Source: Chiloscyllium plagiosum
Taxonomy: Eukaryota
Direction of reading: 5' to 3'
Length of the DNA stretch: 46,447 nucleotides
Assembly (NCBI RefSeq): GCF_004010195.1
Contig: NC_057719.1
Span: 53,258,255 to 53,304,701 of the forward strand
The notes beneath the pieces are model-generated. The model did not search any database and was not told the origin of the DNA. It was given only the letters and a program-made list of their open reading frames with translations. Shown one piece after another: positions 21,999-34,800 of the stretch. The stretch's first letter is position 1; each line of letters opens with the position of its first letter. The translations under genes and the position numbers were made by a program.

Positions 21999-22289
21999 CT
22001 TTCTATCAATGGTCTGGATGAGAAGAACAAAGACATGATAAATTTGCATGGCGTGGTTAGCCCAGAGCAGAACTCTGGCAGTGGTATGGTGTGGGCTGGT
22101 GAAGCCCAGTGGGACTATAGCAGCAGAGAAGGAAAAATTGGACTCTCTTTAAGTTATCTTTCTTTAATTTTAGTTCTATTTAAAGTTAGTGTGAATGGTC
22201 CTTTGTGTGGCCACAGTACTTGCTTTTCACTGTATTTATATTAAATACACGAGATAATAATGATTCAATTCAATAACAAAAAGAGAGGT

Positions 22290-23055
22290 GGGAAAATATA
22301 TTGTGAACAGACCTAAGTATGTTGCAGATGGTTTTAGTTTGAGTGGTAAAAATCAGGCAGATAGAATATAATGTAGGAAATATGAAATTGTTCATTTTAG
22401 CAGGAAGAATAAAAATAGAGAGTTGTCTAAATGAGGAATTTAGAGTTGCAGAGGGATCTTGGCATTTCAGTGCATAGAACAAAAGTTTGCATGCAGGTGA
22501 GCGTGCACTAGACAGCATTAATGGGATGCCATCCTTTAATGTGAGAGGAACTGAACATTAGAGTAGGGATGTTCATTTAGCTTCAGTTAATCATGATATT
22601 AGTGAGACCACACCTCAAAGGTGGTGTGCAGTTGTAGTCTCTTTATTTAACAAAGGATGAAAATGCTTTTCCAAGAAACAGTCTTTGGATTTGACATTTT
22701 AACTCTGCTTCTCTCGCTGTACGGATGTTCCCAGATCTGCTGAGTTTCTCTAGTACTTTCTGCTTGTTTTATTCCAGATTTTCAGCATCTGCAGTATGTT
22801 CTTTTTATTTGCATCAAGAATTAGGCTTCACTGTTTGAAAATTAAGGGTTACCTTTTTTGGACAGAGATGAAGAGAATTTTTTTTTCTCAGCCGTGGATG
22901 TTGCATTAATAAATATTTTTAAGTCAAAAGGAATAAAAAGTTATTGAGAAGGCACGGCAATTTGAAGTCCAAAACATATAAAGATCAGCTATGACATTAT
23001 TGAATTGCAGAGCATGGTCGCAGGTCTAGCTGGTCTTTTTAATGTCTTATTTTTC
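22290..23055 (+). mobile_element. Degraded CR1 ORF2 C-terminus and 3' end, interrupted by an old PLE-type tail (22670-22810)
   Basis: ggcagatagaatataatgtaggaaatatgaaattgttcatttt, cagagggatcttgg and ttagtgagaccacacctc are CR1 RT C-terminal motifs. Confidence 0.6.
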
Positions 23056-23069
23056 TGATCTGTGGTTAT

Positions 23070-23310
23070 ACCCTGTATAGCTGTAATATAACTTTTCGTC
23101 TTCACTCCTCTATTTTGTCACTAAAGATTGTATCTAGGTACTCTGTACTTAATATGGTGCTGTGTGTTGGTAACATTGTTAGACTGTAACTAATCTTGTA
23201 ACTGAAGAAGCTGTACCGAGGTATCTTTGTAACTGAGTTGGTGCTGTAAGTGGTGTCTTATCAACTTTTCACTGTAATCATTTGAGTGCATGAGACAATA
23301 AAGCTAATTC
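23070..23310 (+). mobile_element. Probable LINE 3'UTR (Rex1/Babar-like tail)
   Basis: Ends aacttttcactgtaatcatttgagtgcatgagacaataaagctaattc; similar tail at 22220-22272. Confidence 0.4.
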
Positions 23311-24284
23311 TCTCTTTCTTCATTATAATTTTAAAGCAGAGCATCTGCACTGATTTGTTTCCTTTTTGGCTTGTTTTGCTTTCTCTCAGTGTTGTTTTAA
23401 TGGAACAGCACAGCTGCTTTTGCCACATGTATCTTTGTTTCTGTTCTCACCTCATTACTGTTGTCTTTGGTGCTGGAAGAATGTCTTATCGGTCACTTAA
23501 TCTCTTCTGTCTTCCTTCCTATAACAAGGTGCCTCTTCTATCCTTGTTCAAAAATTTATTCCTTCTTTACTGTTTCCTAGTTCTGATGAAAGGTCACAGA
23601 CTTTAAATGTTAATTTTCTGATGGCCAGGCAGTATTTATTCCAGTGTAGATGGGAGTTGTGCATGGTGATCTGACTCTGAATATGTTGTCCAGGAGACTG
23701 ATGATTCTATTGGGCCATTCCTCTACATCTGGAACCCTCCAAAACTATCCATTTAAACTAGAGAATACAGATGGATCTGACAAACCTAAGTGAATAAGTA
23801 TTCAGGAAAAAGTTAAACTTTTAATACGATTTTTAATTTCTGACTAACTATTAAACTGACTTCAAACATCGCACACATACCTCAAAAATACACCATACAC
23901 AGAGCCATGTCTACACAATCCCATCGCCTGTTCTGACACCCCTTTTCCCCCCGAGAGTCTCGTGCTCACTTCACTTTGCTCCAGATCCTCCCCTTGCTCC
24001 AGGCCCACTCCCACATCCCACCATGATCCAAAGAAAATGTAACAGGTCATTGTTAAAAATATTTCACAGTACAAGGTTTTAGAATTTGAGGTTCTTCAAA
24101 CACTGGACTTTCCTAGTATTTACCTAATTACATGAGATTTCATTTAACATCCCTTACAGCAGCAATTAACTTCTGAAAATTCCAGCATATGAAAATGAAA
24201 GGAAGGATTATAAAAAATACTGAGATGCCTACTGAGCGAGCATCAATGGTTTGTCTGGTGCCAAGTGTACTCTGTTATCAGTGT

Positions 24285-24437
24285 TGAAAATGTGTTGCTG
24301 GAAAAGCGCAGCAGGTCAGGCAGCATCCAGGGAACAGGAGAATCGACGTTTCAGGCATAAGCACTGCGGACCTGCTGCGCTTTTCCAGCAACACATTTTC
24401 AGCTCTGATCTCCAGCATCTGCAGACCTCACTTTCTC
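24285..24437 (+). mobile_element. 153-bp fold-back PLE family A mini-element with 15-bp TSD
   Basis: gaaaatgtgttgctggaaaagcgcagcaggtc ... gacctgctgcgcttttccagcaacacattttc; ctctgttatcagtgt at 24270-24284 and 24438-24452. Confidence 0.9.
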
Positions 24438-24614
24438 CTCTGTTATCAGTGTATTGATTTTAAACATCAGAAGTATGTTGTCTTAGGAAGAAGGCTGAAG
24501 GCTGGCAAGAGTTCAAGGGTTATTGGACGTTGTGAGTAGCTGTTCCTTGGCAATTGGCTAAAAGGATTCAGATAATTGATTGACATAGAGTAAACATGGT
24601 ATATCTTGATAGAC

Positions 24615-25212
24615 TAGGAAAAAGTGAAGACTGCAGGTGCTGAAGATCAGAATCGAGAGTGTGGTGCCAGAAAATCAACATTTCGGGTATAAGCCCTTCA
24701 TCAGGAATGGGGGGGGAAGGTGGTTGGTGCTGGGGTCTGGGGTGAACGTGGCTGAGGATGAAATAGGTAGATGAAGATGGGGCGAGGGTGATAGGTCGGA
24801 GAGGAGGTTGAAGTGGATAACTGGGAAAGACGATGAATAGGTCAAGAGGGCGGTGCTGAGTTGGAGGCTTGGGACTGGAATAAGGTGGGGGGGGGGGGAA
24901 GGGATTTGAGGAAACTGGTGAAATCTACATTAATCCCATAGGATTGGAGAGTCTCACAGCGGAAGGTGAGGTGTTCTTCCTCTAGGCGTTGGGTGGTTAG
25001 AGTTTGGCAACGGAGGAGGCTCAGGACCTACATGTCCTTGGTGGAATGGGAGGAATTGTTGAGCCACGGAGTGGTGGGGTTGGTTGGTGCGGGTGTCCCA
25101 GAGACTTTCTCTGAAACGATCCACAAGTTGGTGTCCTGCCTCCCCGATGTAGAGGAGACCACATCAGGTGCAACAGATACAGTAGGTAACACTTGTGGGA
25201 GGTACAGGTACA
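24615..25212 (-). mobile_element. PLE fragment (GIY-YIG remnant plus 3' tail) inserted into a CR1 3' end
   Basis: Minus strand resembles 14200-14581; ggta(t/a)atcttgatagac duplicated at 24598-24614 and 25213-25229; CR1 3'UTR resumes at 25230-25370. Confidence 0.85.
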
Positions 25213-28045
25213 GGTAAATCTTGATAGACACATGAATGGCAGACAATCAGAGGCATAGAAACCACATACTGGCAATAGGTATTGTGTCTAAATATGGATT
25301 AGGAATCGGCACAGGGTTGGTGGACCAAAGTGCCTGTTTCCTGTGCCGAGTGGAATTGCATTGTATTATAACATGCCCTTAGAAATAATTTCATTAAAGT
25401 GCTTGGATAATCTTCAAATAATCCTCGTTGAGCAGTCCTCAGCAAACAATCCACATCCACATCGGATGCCTTCAGAGAACAGTTTTCTCCAGGTGGAACA
25501 GGACAAGAGGAGGAAACCACAGGGAAATTTTTCCCATCACCTCAGCTAGAGAGCAGGATGCTGCCTCCACAACACTAACATTCCATACCAACAACCTGTA
25601 TATCCTCTGGTTTCAGTGAACCATCCTCGGTTGTCACAGCTATAAACTTTTCTTTACCTAATTAACTAATGTATCATATCCAGACTGTTGTTTTTTAAAC
25701 AAACTCAGTAAACTATCAGAAAATTACTACAAATCGTTGTTACAGTAATCTTGAACTCTCTCAAATCAGCAACAGTATCCCATTTACTTTTATCAGGCTT
25801 AGAATCTGAAATGTTGTAATTCTAATTATTCATGAAAAATAGACATTTACAGTTTAAATGTCGTGGTTGATAAGTAATGTTTCACTACCATGATCTGTTA
25901 CTTTATCAGGACCTTTATATTCTCTATAATCATTTTATCATATGCTAAAACTGCTGAATTAAATTCTGTCTCAGATAGGTTTATACAAAGCCTCACTGCT
26001 CCAAGACCTCAGACTTAATGGGAGTCTGTATGCCTACATGGAAAGCATTAAAATACAAAGGAAAAATGGAACTAGGTTTACTAAAATTTAGTGCAGAAGG
26101 ACTATCACTCAATACATTAGGTAGTTTAGGAGTTCATCTATGTACTAACTGACAGGAACTAAGTTGTCTGATGATCGGAATTGAATCCTACCTACGAATC
26201 AGCAATGCAAAGGTGATTGCCTATATGCAATCTAATTAAGCAGCCAAAAATATATGCATTATTTAGTCCACCACTGTATGATTTCTTCAACATTTCCTTC
26301 AAACTTAAGGAACAAAAGAAAAATCCATGGTAACTCAATGATTGCTACATTGCAAAATGGTCCAGATAGCATGAATGTGGGGCATCAGTACAATGACAGT
26401 TAAGGACAAGTAAAATGGGAATTAAAGTACCCTCCATGATATGACCTATTATGACAGAATGAATTGAAACTGGCAATAATAGTTGAATGGACCCAAGAAT
26501 GCCCAATGAAAAGTTAATAAGCACTCCAGGTATAAGAAGTACCATTATGTGGTGAATTGCCCAATGTTGAAAAGTCCCCGAAATGACACATGGTAAAGAA
26601 AATTCTAAACAAAAGAACAGAGCTATGGCAAATTCATATCTGAAATGAATTTAACCTACAGTATTCCTAACTATGACGTGTCAGTTTACAGATATCTTAG
26701 TACCTATCACTGACAAATTTACTGCGACAGTCAGAAATCTAGGCAATGCCTACATTCAGTCCTTCCTCTCTTTTTGCTACAATACTGCATTGAGTATTGT
26801 CATACAAACACAAAATCTGTGTGTCAGCTCTACATAATAAAGAGTTAAATATTTGTCCTTGTACCTTAGATTTGTGACAACTATGTCATCAAACAACATG
26901 CCAAGGGAAATCTTACAATAAGATGTGGTGTTATCCTCTGATTCATTTCCCATTTTCGCACTTGTTAAAAATTTTCTCTATTAGCATCATATTCATAACT
27001 AACCACATATGTATAGTTTAGTAGAATTTTAAACTCTGCAGGGTTAACACAAGGAGGATGAGCACATTTTCTAAGTAACTTTAAGGTTTGTTTTTTTTCC
27101 CCCTCTGATTCTTATTAGCCAATGCTATGAATACATTTAACATTTTGGTGAGAAACATTAGATTTTGTTAATGGATAAAATTCAGACTTGACTGAACAAA
27201 CTGCAGATCCACTGGCTCTCCAAAAATAATTGCATTAACATGCTTCATGTCAAAATTAGTTTGTACTTTTCTATAGAAGGTTTACTTAATGGCATTGATA
27301 TCTCACTAGAGACTACACCAGTGCTTATAAATAGCTTACTCAAGTTATTTTCCATAGTGACCCCAATGTGTTGCATCACCAAACACAAAGCAAGTAAAAC
27401 TATTATATTCCCTAAACTTGCACCGATCCTCATCATTTAATAAATAACAAAAAAACTACTTTTTACCAAGCTCTTTCATATACTGTTGAATTCTAAGCAC
27501 TATAACATACAATACAAGTAAGGTAGTCAGCAACCAAAACATTCCTTATTGGATTAAAACTCAGTATTACCATCTTTTGCTTAGAATTGTCTGTGCCATG
27601 TGTCTTTTTGAGGATTTTTCTTGTCGACATTGGGCAATTTGTCACAGAATGGTACTTCCGCATAGCTTAAATACCTATTAACTGTTCATTGGCTATTCCA
27701 ATGAACCAAAAAGGTTTTTGACCTTTTTTTTCTCCGCTACAATAGTCAGATTAAAGAAAAGGACAGTTATTCCCATTTTGCTGGGCTTTAATATGTCCAA
27801 TGTATTGATGCCTACAGTCAGTATCTGGACCATTTTAAAATCTGACAATCATTGAGTCCTCTTGGTCTATCTTAACATGGACCGGTCTTTTGTTCCTTAA
27901 AGTTGAAGGAATTTCTGCTTTCTCAGTATTTTTTTAAACAGTAGGCATCTCATCCAGCAAGGTCTTCCTCTTTATGAGTTCAACATGAATAAAAGCCAGG
28001 CACTAGACCAGATACAACACATAGCACAAGCTTGCAATTAAAGTA

Positions 28046-28249
28046 GTCATGATTTGGAGATGCCAGTGTTGGACTGGGGTGTACAAAGTTAAAAATCACA
28101 CAACACCAGGTTATAGTCCAACAGGTTTAATTGGAAGCACACTAGCTTTCGGAGCACCTCCACAACCACCTGATGAAGGAGCAGCACTCCGAAAGCTGGT
28201 GCTTCCAATTAACCCTGTTGGACTATAACCTGGTGTTGTGTGATTTTTA
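28046..28249. mobile_element. Fold-back PLE family B mini-element with 12-bp TSD
   Basis: aaaaatcacacaacaccaggttatagtccaacagg...cctgttggactataacctggtgttgtgtgattttt arms; gcaattaaagta at 28034-28045 and 28250-28261. Confidence 0.88.
28167..28201 (+). ncRNA. Minimal hammerhead ribozyme motif, PLE family B
   Basis: CAC-CUGAUGA(A)-GGAG-cagca-CUCC-GAA-AGCU-G-GUG; the opposite arm preserves GAAAGCUAGUG (cleavable UA). Confidence 0.7.
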
Positions 28250-29094
28250 GCAATTAAAGTACTAATACTTAGCCATTCCCAAATTTAACTTTTTCAAGTA
28301 TTTATACAATTAAAATGCAAAATATGTTTTATTTTCATGGCATGTCTATCTGTTTTCTGGCATCTATCACAGTCTGACCATGCCTCTCAAATATTCAACA
28401 GATCAATTACCATGTACATTTCATTCAAGACCTCTGATAAAAACATACAATAAGTTATCAGTATCCAACAGATAGATAGATAATTTACTGCAGATTTTGC
28501 TTTTTGTAAGAAGTAATATGTAAAGCCATACCTTGTTCTCTCTTTGGTAAGGAAATAATTATATTGATTTAGCCTCTTCCACTGTTAAGTTTCAGACTAG
28601 GAGAACATTAGGGTAACCATACTCTGACCCTGACCAGTTGTTTGTTTTGCTTTTTAAACTTACCTATAGTTGATTTTTCTCACAAAATATTTTCCTAGAT
28701 CCTACCTTTCTTTCTGTCTTTCTCTCTTACCATTCTGAATTTCAGAAAGCAAGTTGATGTACGATGCAACTGAAGCCAATCTTTGTTAAATTTATAACCA
28801 TTTGTTAATACACATTAACATTTACACATTACAAGCATTCACTTTCTAACCCTAGAAATACAGTTTTCAGTCCTTTTTGATTATAAGAATACTTATAAAT
28901 CCCTAGTTAATGTGCACCCCTTTTAATGTACACAAATAATACTGCATGCTGGCTGATTAAGTAAATTTATTTAAATCAGATTGATTAATATTGAAAAGGG
29001 TAGCATTTAAATCAGGACCTATAATTTAGTAGAACCATGGTTCTTTATTAAAGATAAATGCAAAGGTATTTTAAACTTAATCAGAAGAAAGAAC

Positions 29095-32000
29095 TGAAAT
29101 AACTCCACAGAGGCTGTTAACCTATCTCCACTGCACTCATTATTTACATGTGGAGAGTGCTTGACACTGATCCAGCTCCCTCAGAGCTAACTCTCAAAGT
29201 GAACAAGATCCTGTTTGTAACTGTCAGCCAGAGCTTCCTGATTGGACCAGATTAACAGCCCCAGTCAGGGAACTCATATTCCATAATGTTCACCTGGCTG
29301 ACCTCATTAAAATCACAATATCCCTCTCCCTCTGAATCTGAGGACATGGCTCCTACTGATTATTTTAATGCCAGGTCAGGGGTTCCTCCAATGCTGCCTC
29401 TGATTGTTCCCATGTTTGACGAATGAACTCCATGCAAATCCTATCCTTTTGAGTGTGCATCCACAATGACTAAGAACATTGAGCTCATGAAAGGGCTGCA
29501 TAGTTGACATGTAACTGAGTCCAGGGTTAATCTGGCCATTACCATGAATGCGGGGGAGCTGCCAATGGTAATTCTTGTCCTTGTCGGCACTCTGGGCACT
29601 GCCCCACTAAGGCAGCTATGTCTGCATCCAATCCTAGACACCAGACATAGCTTGTCATCAACATCCTCAATTTTGAAACCAGTGGATGATCCTAGTGCAG
29701 TTCAGCTAGTATCTGGGACAATTTCACTTACTCTCCATAATAATATGCCATTGTTTATTGTGATCTGATCTCACTGGGTCCAAAAAGATTTCAGATCTGG
29801 TTGTGATGTCCCTTTGGTTTCCCCCATCACCACCAACTATTTCAATTTTGCTAGGAACGGATCTTTCTGCATCCAAAGTCTGATATTGTCAGCTGTAATT
29901 GGAAGTGTGTCCAGAAAATTTAAAACCATTATGGACTGTTCCAGTGGTGGCATCTGGTCGTGCATCTGCCAGCGAGAGGTGGCTCAGTGCAACGACTTTG
30001 CTACTTGGTCTCCAAGATGGTGCTCCAACTTGCAACTACAAACACTTAGTATTAGAGCCACTGCTGAAGTCAGCCTAAAGCTATGGGTGGCACTGTTTTG
30101 CCCTCTTTAAGTAGATCTAGCAGTTATGGTCCCTTATTATTACAAATTTTCATCCGTAAAGTTATTGGTGAAATTTTCTGACTCCAATTCTGATAATCAA
30201 ACCTTCCTTCTCTAGCTGGGCATATTTATGCTCTGCATTAGCCTCAGTCCAAGATGCATACACAATCGGGCGTTCCTCTCCATGAGCTATTACTAACCTT
30301 AAGGCACGTGGGGAGGCATTGCACATCAATACCAGACCTCACTTGGGACCACAGTGTGGCAACAGCTTTGACAATGATAGCTGTTTCTTCACTTCCCTGA
30401 GTACTACTGCTTTGCAACACAACCATTTCCAAGGCTGCCCTTTTTTAAAGAGTTGACATAAAGGGGCTAGGATGGAGGCCAGGTTATGTTTGAACTTTCT
30501 GTAATCATTCACCAGCCCAAGGAAAGTCCCAAGATCCAGTACAGACGTGGGAGCCAGGCTACTTTGATCACCCTTATTTTACCTGCCAATGGATGCAACC
30601 CGGTCTTGTTGACTCTGTAGCTGAAGTCAGTCAGTTGGGGTGTCCGGAACACATTTTTCCCTGCTAAGGTGTGCATCCACCTTGGAGGAACATCTAAGGT
30701 TCAAGTTCTCTAAATGCTCTTTATTTGTCTTCCCTGTTATTAGCATATCATCAAGATAAATGGTGACCTGGGGTAGATATGGTAAAATGTTTTAAATCGT
30801 CCAGTGAAAAATTGAACACGCTGATGACAGTCTCGTATGTTGTACAAACCCTTATGGGGATTAATTGTAGGATACTTCTGTGAATTCTCATATCAACACA
30901 ATTGCAGCAACACATGGCTCATGTTCAAGTTCATAAAAGACTTCCCACTTCCCAGCTTTGTGTATAAATCCTCTATGCAAGGGACTGGTTATTTATCCAA
31001 CTGTGGAAAGTGGTTCACTGTTTGTTTAAAATTGCCATAATGACAAACAAATCCATTAGCCTTCAAAATTGGTATCATCATTCTGCAAACGTGTTTGCTT
31101 TTTGTAAGAAGCAATATGTAAAGCTATACCTTATCCTCTCTTTGGTAAGGAAATAATTACATTGATTTAGCCACTTCCACTGTTAATTTTTGGACTAGGT
31201 TTCAGAAGAGAGGTTAGACTGGTTTGATTATTTCTTTGTTTTATAGGCTCCTAATTTCGGCCTCTACTTTTGTCTGTAAGGCAAATGGCACTAGGCAGGC
31301 CTTTCAAAACCATGGAATTGCTTCCTGGTCAAGGTAGTCTTGGCTCATTGATAGTCCATACATTTTCCTGAAAAACATCTGGGTATTTAATTAGGATTTC
31401 ACTTGGGTAACCATTTTCTAATCGAAAAATGTTGAGCCAATCTCGGTGAATTTTTCTCAATCCATTTTGACGTTGGTCCTACAATCAGTGGTAACTGAAC
31501 CAGCTGCTTCTCATAAGAGACTGAAATTGAAGTGGTTCCCTGAATCTGTAAAGGTTTTCTGTGATGGGTTCTCTGTGTAGCCGAGGTTTTGTGTAAACTT
31601 AAGGGTTGCGGTCCGGAGCAAATTTTGTTAAAGGCTGGTTCTGTGAGCACTGAAACAGACACACCAGTATCGACCTCCATTAGAACCAGGTAACCATTTA
31701 ACCAGACATTTCTTTTGATTGGATCTGATTTGAATGTTGCTAAGCAATTTTACTGTCCCCAACCAGATGTAGGTGGACTTTATAGGGTGTGCACTCTCCT
31801 GGACACTGACACTGAGTTCTCTTACACAATTTAGTGCAACTGTTTTTACTGTTTCAACTGGCAGCGACTACAAAGGATCCTGGAGATGATTTTAAATGTT
31901 TGGTCCAAACATGACTTTGTTTTAGGATTTCGCTGTGGGCTGACTTAGAGGAACTCTGTTCAGGAAAATTCCTGAGTGAGGCTATGAAATTATCTTCACT

Positions 32001-32882
32001 CAACAAATGTTTCCCAGGCTCAGTCAGACTGCTGTGAGTTTCCACTCCTATCGGAATACCCTGCATCTCGTATGCTTCACTTGCTGTATTTTTCAATGAT
32101 AAAGCCAGCTGTAGTGCCTGTTTGAAGTCCAGTTGGTCTTCAGATAGTGGGTGTTTTTGCCTGGATATATATCGTTAGTCCAAAACACCAAACAGTTTCT
32201 CAGTATCATATTAAGGGTTAAACTAAAGTCACATGCCTCTGTCAGTCGTCTTAACCTACTCAAAAATCCCAATCCAGATTCCGCTGGTTCCTAAATTGCT
32301 GAGTAAAACAATAGCATCTCAGGATTAGAGGCGGCTTGGGGTCATAATATTCCTTAACTAAATCTGTCAACTCTTGAAAGGTTTTAGTATCTTGTGCCTT
32401 AGAGAAAGTTAGGGTCCTAATAACCAAACAAGCTGTGGATCCACAAGCCTGCAGGAGAATTACTCATTACTTATCATCTGCCCTAATGTCATTTGTCTGA
32501 AAAAAAAAAGTCACTTTTTCCCCACATACTGGACCCAATCTTCGACACCAGGATTCACCTGGGTCCAAATAATGGTATGATGAGAGAAATGCTTACCCTA
32601 ATCTGCTGCAAGAGAATTTCTTCAGGACTTTTTTTTTCTAGTTGCCACTGGAATAATTTCACACAGGCCAGTATCTTGTCACAATGTCACCTTTACTTAC
32701 ACATGGAGAGCTCTTGACACTAATCCTACTCTCGCAGAGCCAGCTCTCAGAGTGAACAGAATGTGTGACACTACTGTTTATAACTGTCAGCCGGAGCTCC
32801 CTGATTGGATCAGATTAATAGCCCCAATCAGAGAACATATATTCTATGAGGTCCAGTGCCTGACATTAGTATAATCCCTGCA
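29095..32882 (-). mobile_element. Degenerate Gypsy/Ty3 LTR retrotransposon (gag-PR-RT-RH-IN), both LTRs, 5-bp TSD
   Basis: LTRs 29095-29320 and 32649-32882; TSD agaac (29090-29094, 32883-32887); PBS-like tggcaactag (32638-32647); PPT agagggagaggga (29321-29333); EVDTGVSVS protease, YLDD at 30747-30758, AEHKYAQLEKE RNase H, FLVIVDAHSK integrase; many stops and frameshifts. Confidence 0.93.
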
Positions 32883-33430
32883 AGAACATTTTTTTCTTTC
32901 ATCGCAGCTCCCACCCATCACATTATCTAACTTCATCTTCCTCTGCATTTCCAAGTATGTCATTTGGCTGCTTGAACTTGCATCACCATTCATTAAGGTC
33001 ATGGCTGATCTGATTATGGCCTCAGCTCCACATTCTACCTACCTGTAATAAAATTCTGAGTTCTCTGAATTTCCTGCTCATAATACAACTTCCCAAGTCT
33101 TCGTCACTTGGACACAGCTTCGAAAGTTTTCCCTCACCCAATTGTGCTAAAGTTCCTAGATGATCTATATATAGTGTAATACACTCAGTATGAGCACATT
33201 CAGCCTCTGATTGTTATCTTACTGTATATCTAGACCTTTAAAAATTTAAAACAATCACAAAAAGGAATTTTAATTGTCATTATGATGTGAAAAATAAACC
33301 ATTGATCTTTAAGTTTCAGCAGCTGTTTTAGTACCTTTATGAATAGGAGCAGATTTTGAAAGGGACCAAAACATCAAGGTTACCACAAAGATCACCTGGT
33401 CCACACAAACTCATCAAATTCCATGAAACA

Positions 33431-34318
33431 AAGTATAGAAGCAAAGAGATTCTTCTGCAGCTGTACAGGGCCCTAGTGAGACCACTCCTGGAGTACTGTG
33501 TGCAGTTCTGGTCTCCAAATTTGAGGAAAGACATTCTGGCTATTGAGGGAGTGCAGCGTAGGTTCACGAGGTCAATTCCTGGAATGTCGGGATTACCTTA
33601 CACTGAAAGACTGGAGCGACTGGGCTTGTATACCTTTAAGTTTAGAAGACTGAGAGGGGATCTGATTGAGACATATAAGATTATTAAAGTATTGGACACT
33701 CTGGAGGCAGGAAACATGTTTCCGCTGATGGGTGAGTCCCGAACCAGAGGACACAGCTTAAAAATAAGGGGTAGACCATTTNNNNNNNNNNNNNNNNNNN
33801 NNNNNNNNNNNNNNNNNNNNNNNNNNNNNNNNNNNNNNNNNNNNNNNNNNNNNNNNNNNNNNNNNNNNNNNNNNNNNNNNNNNNNNNNNNNNNNNNNNNN
33901 NNNNNNNNNNNNNNNNNNNNNNNNNNNNNNNNNNNNNNNNNNNNNNNNNNNNNNNNNNNNNNNNNNNNNNNNNNNNNNNNNNNNNNNNNNNNNNNNNNNN
34001 NNNNNNNNNNNNNNNNNNNNNNNTCCTGCTCCTCAGATGCTGCCTGACCGGCTGTGCTTTTCCAGCACCACACCATTTGACTCTGATCTCCAGCATCTGC
34101 ATCTGTGTGGAATGCTCTGCCCCAGAGGGCAGTGAAGGCTCAGTCTCTGGATTCATTTAAGAAAGAGTTGGATAGAGCTCTCAAGGATTGTGGAATCAAG
34201 GGTTATGGAGATAAGGCAGGAACAGGATACTGATTAAGGATGATCAGCCATGATCATATTGAATGGTGGTGCAGGCTTGAAGGGCAGAATGGCCTACTCC
34301 TGCACCTATTGTCTATTG
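33431..34318 (+). mobile_element. CR1 LINE 3' fragment with nested PLE tail (34024-34103) and N-gap 33782-34023
   Basis: YRSKEILLQLYRALVRPLLEYCVQFWSPNLRKDILAIEGVQRRFTR...RRLRGDLIETYKI...TRGHSLKI; 3'UTR gggcagaatggcctactcctgcacctattgtctattg. Confidence 0.93.
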
Positions 34319-34708
34319 AATTTAATTGTGGATTAAACTAAATACATTTTTTGCTGAAATTAACATTTTTCCAAGGACAATGATTCTGGGATCACTCAAA
34401 TCCCATTGAAATTAAAAAGGTCCTCATCTTTCTCTCTGAATTACACCATTATAAGAATCTTCACATGTTGAAGATAGAACATAGACCCTGCAATTATAAT
34501 GTCTGGAAACCATGGTGTCTACAGACATGGAATATATGAGCAGCTTCTAGAACTGAGATCTTTATATATAACCATTACATTTACTACTGCTGATGGTATT
34601 CACAAAACCAAATAATCAACTTGGTCTCAGGTTAAACTGTACACCCCACATACATTATATCGTATATTATTTTATCTCTCCTTTTACTGGAGACTGTCTC
34701 CTTTTAAT

Positions 34709-34800
34709 TGTGTGTGTGTGTTAAAGTGAGTGGCTGTGTGTGTGTGTATGAGACACAGAGACACAGAGAGACAGAGACACAGAGACACAGAGAGACAGAG
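34709..34800. repeat. Compound microsatellite (TG)n / (GAGACACA)n
   Basis: Seen directly. Confidence 0.9.

Noticed and set aside
27277..27392. Possible exon (tttgtacttttctatag ... caa|gtaaaa) in overlapping short ORFs
   Set aside because: Weak donor, no recognisable protein and no companion exons.
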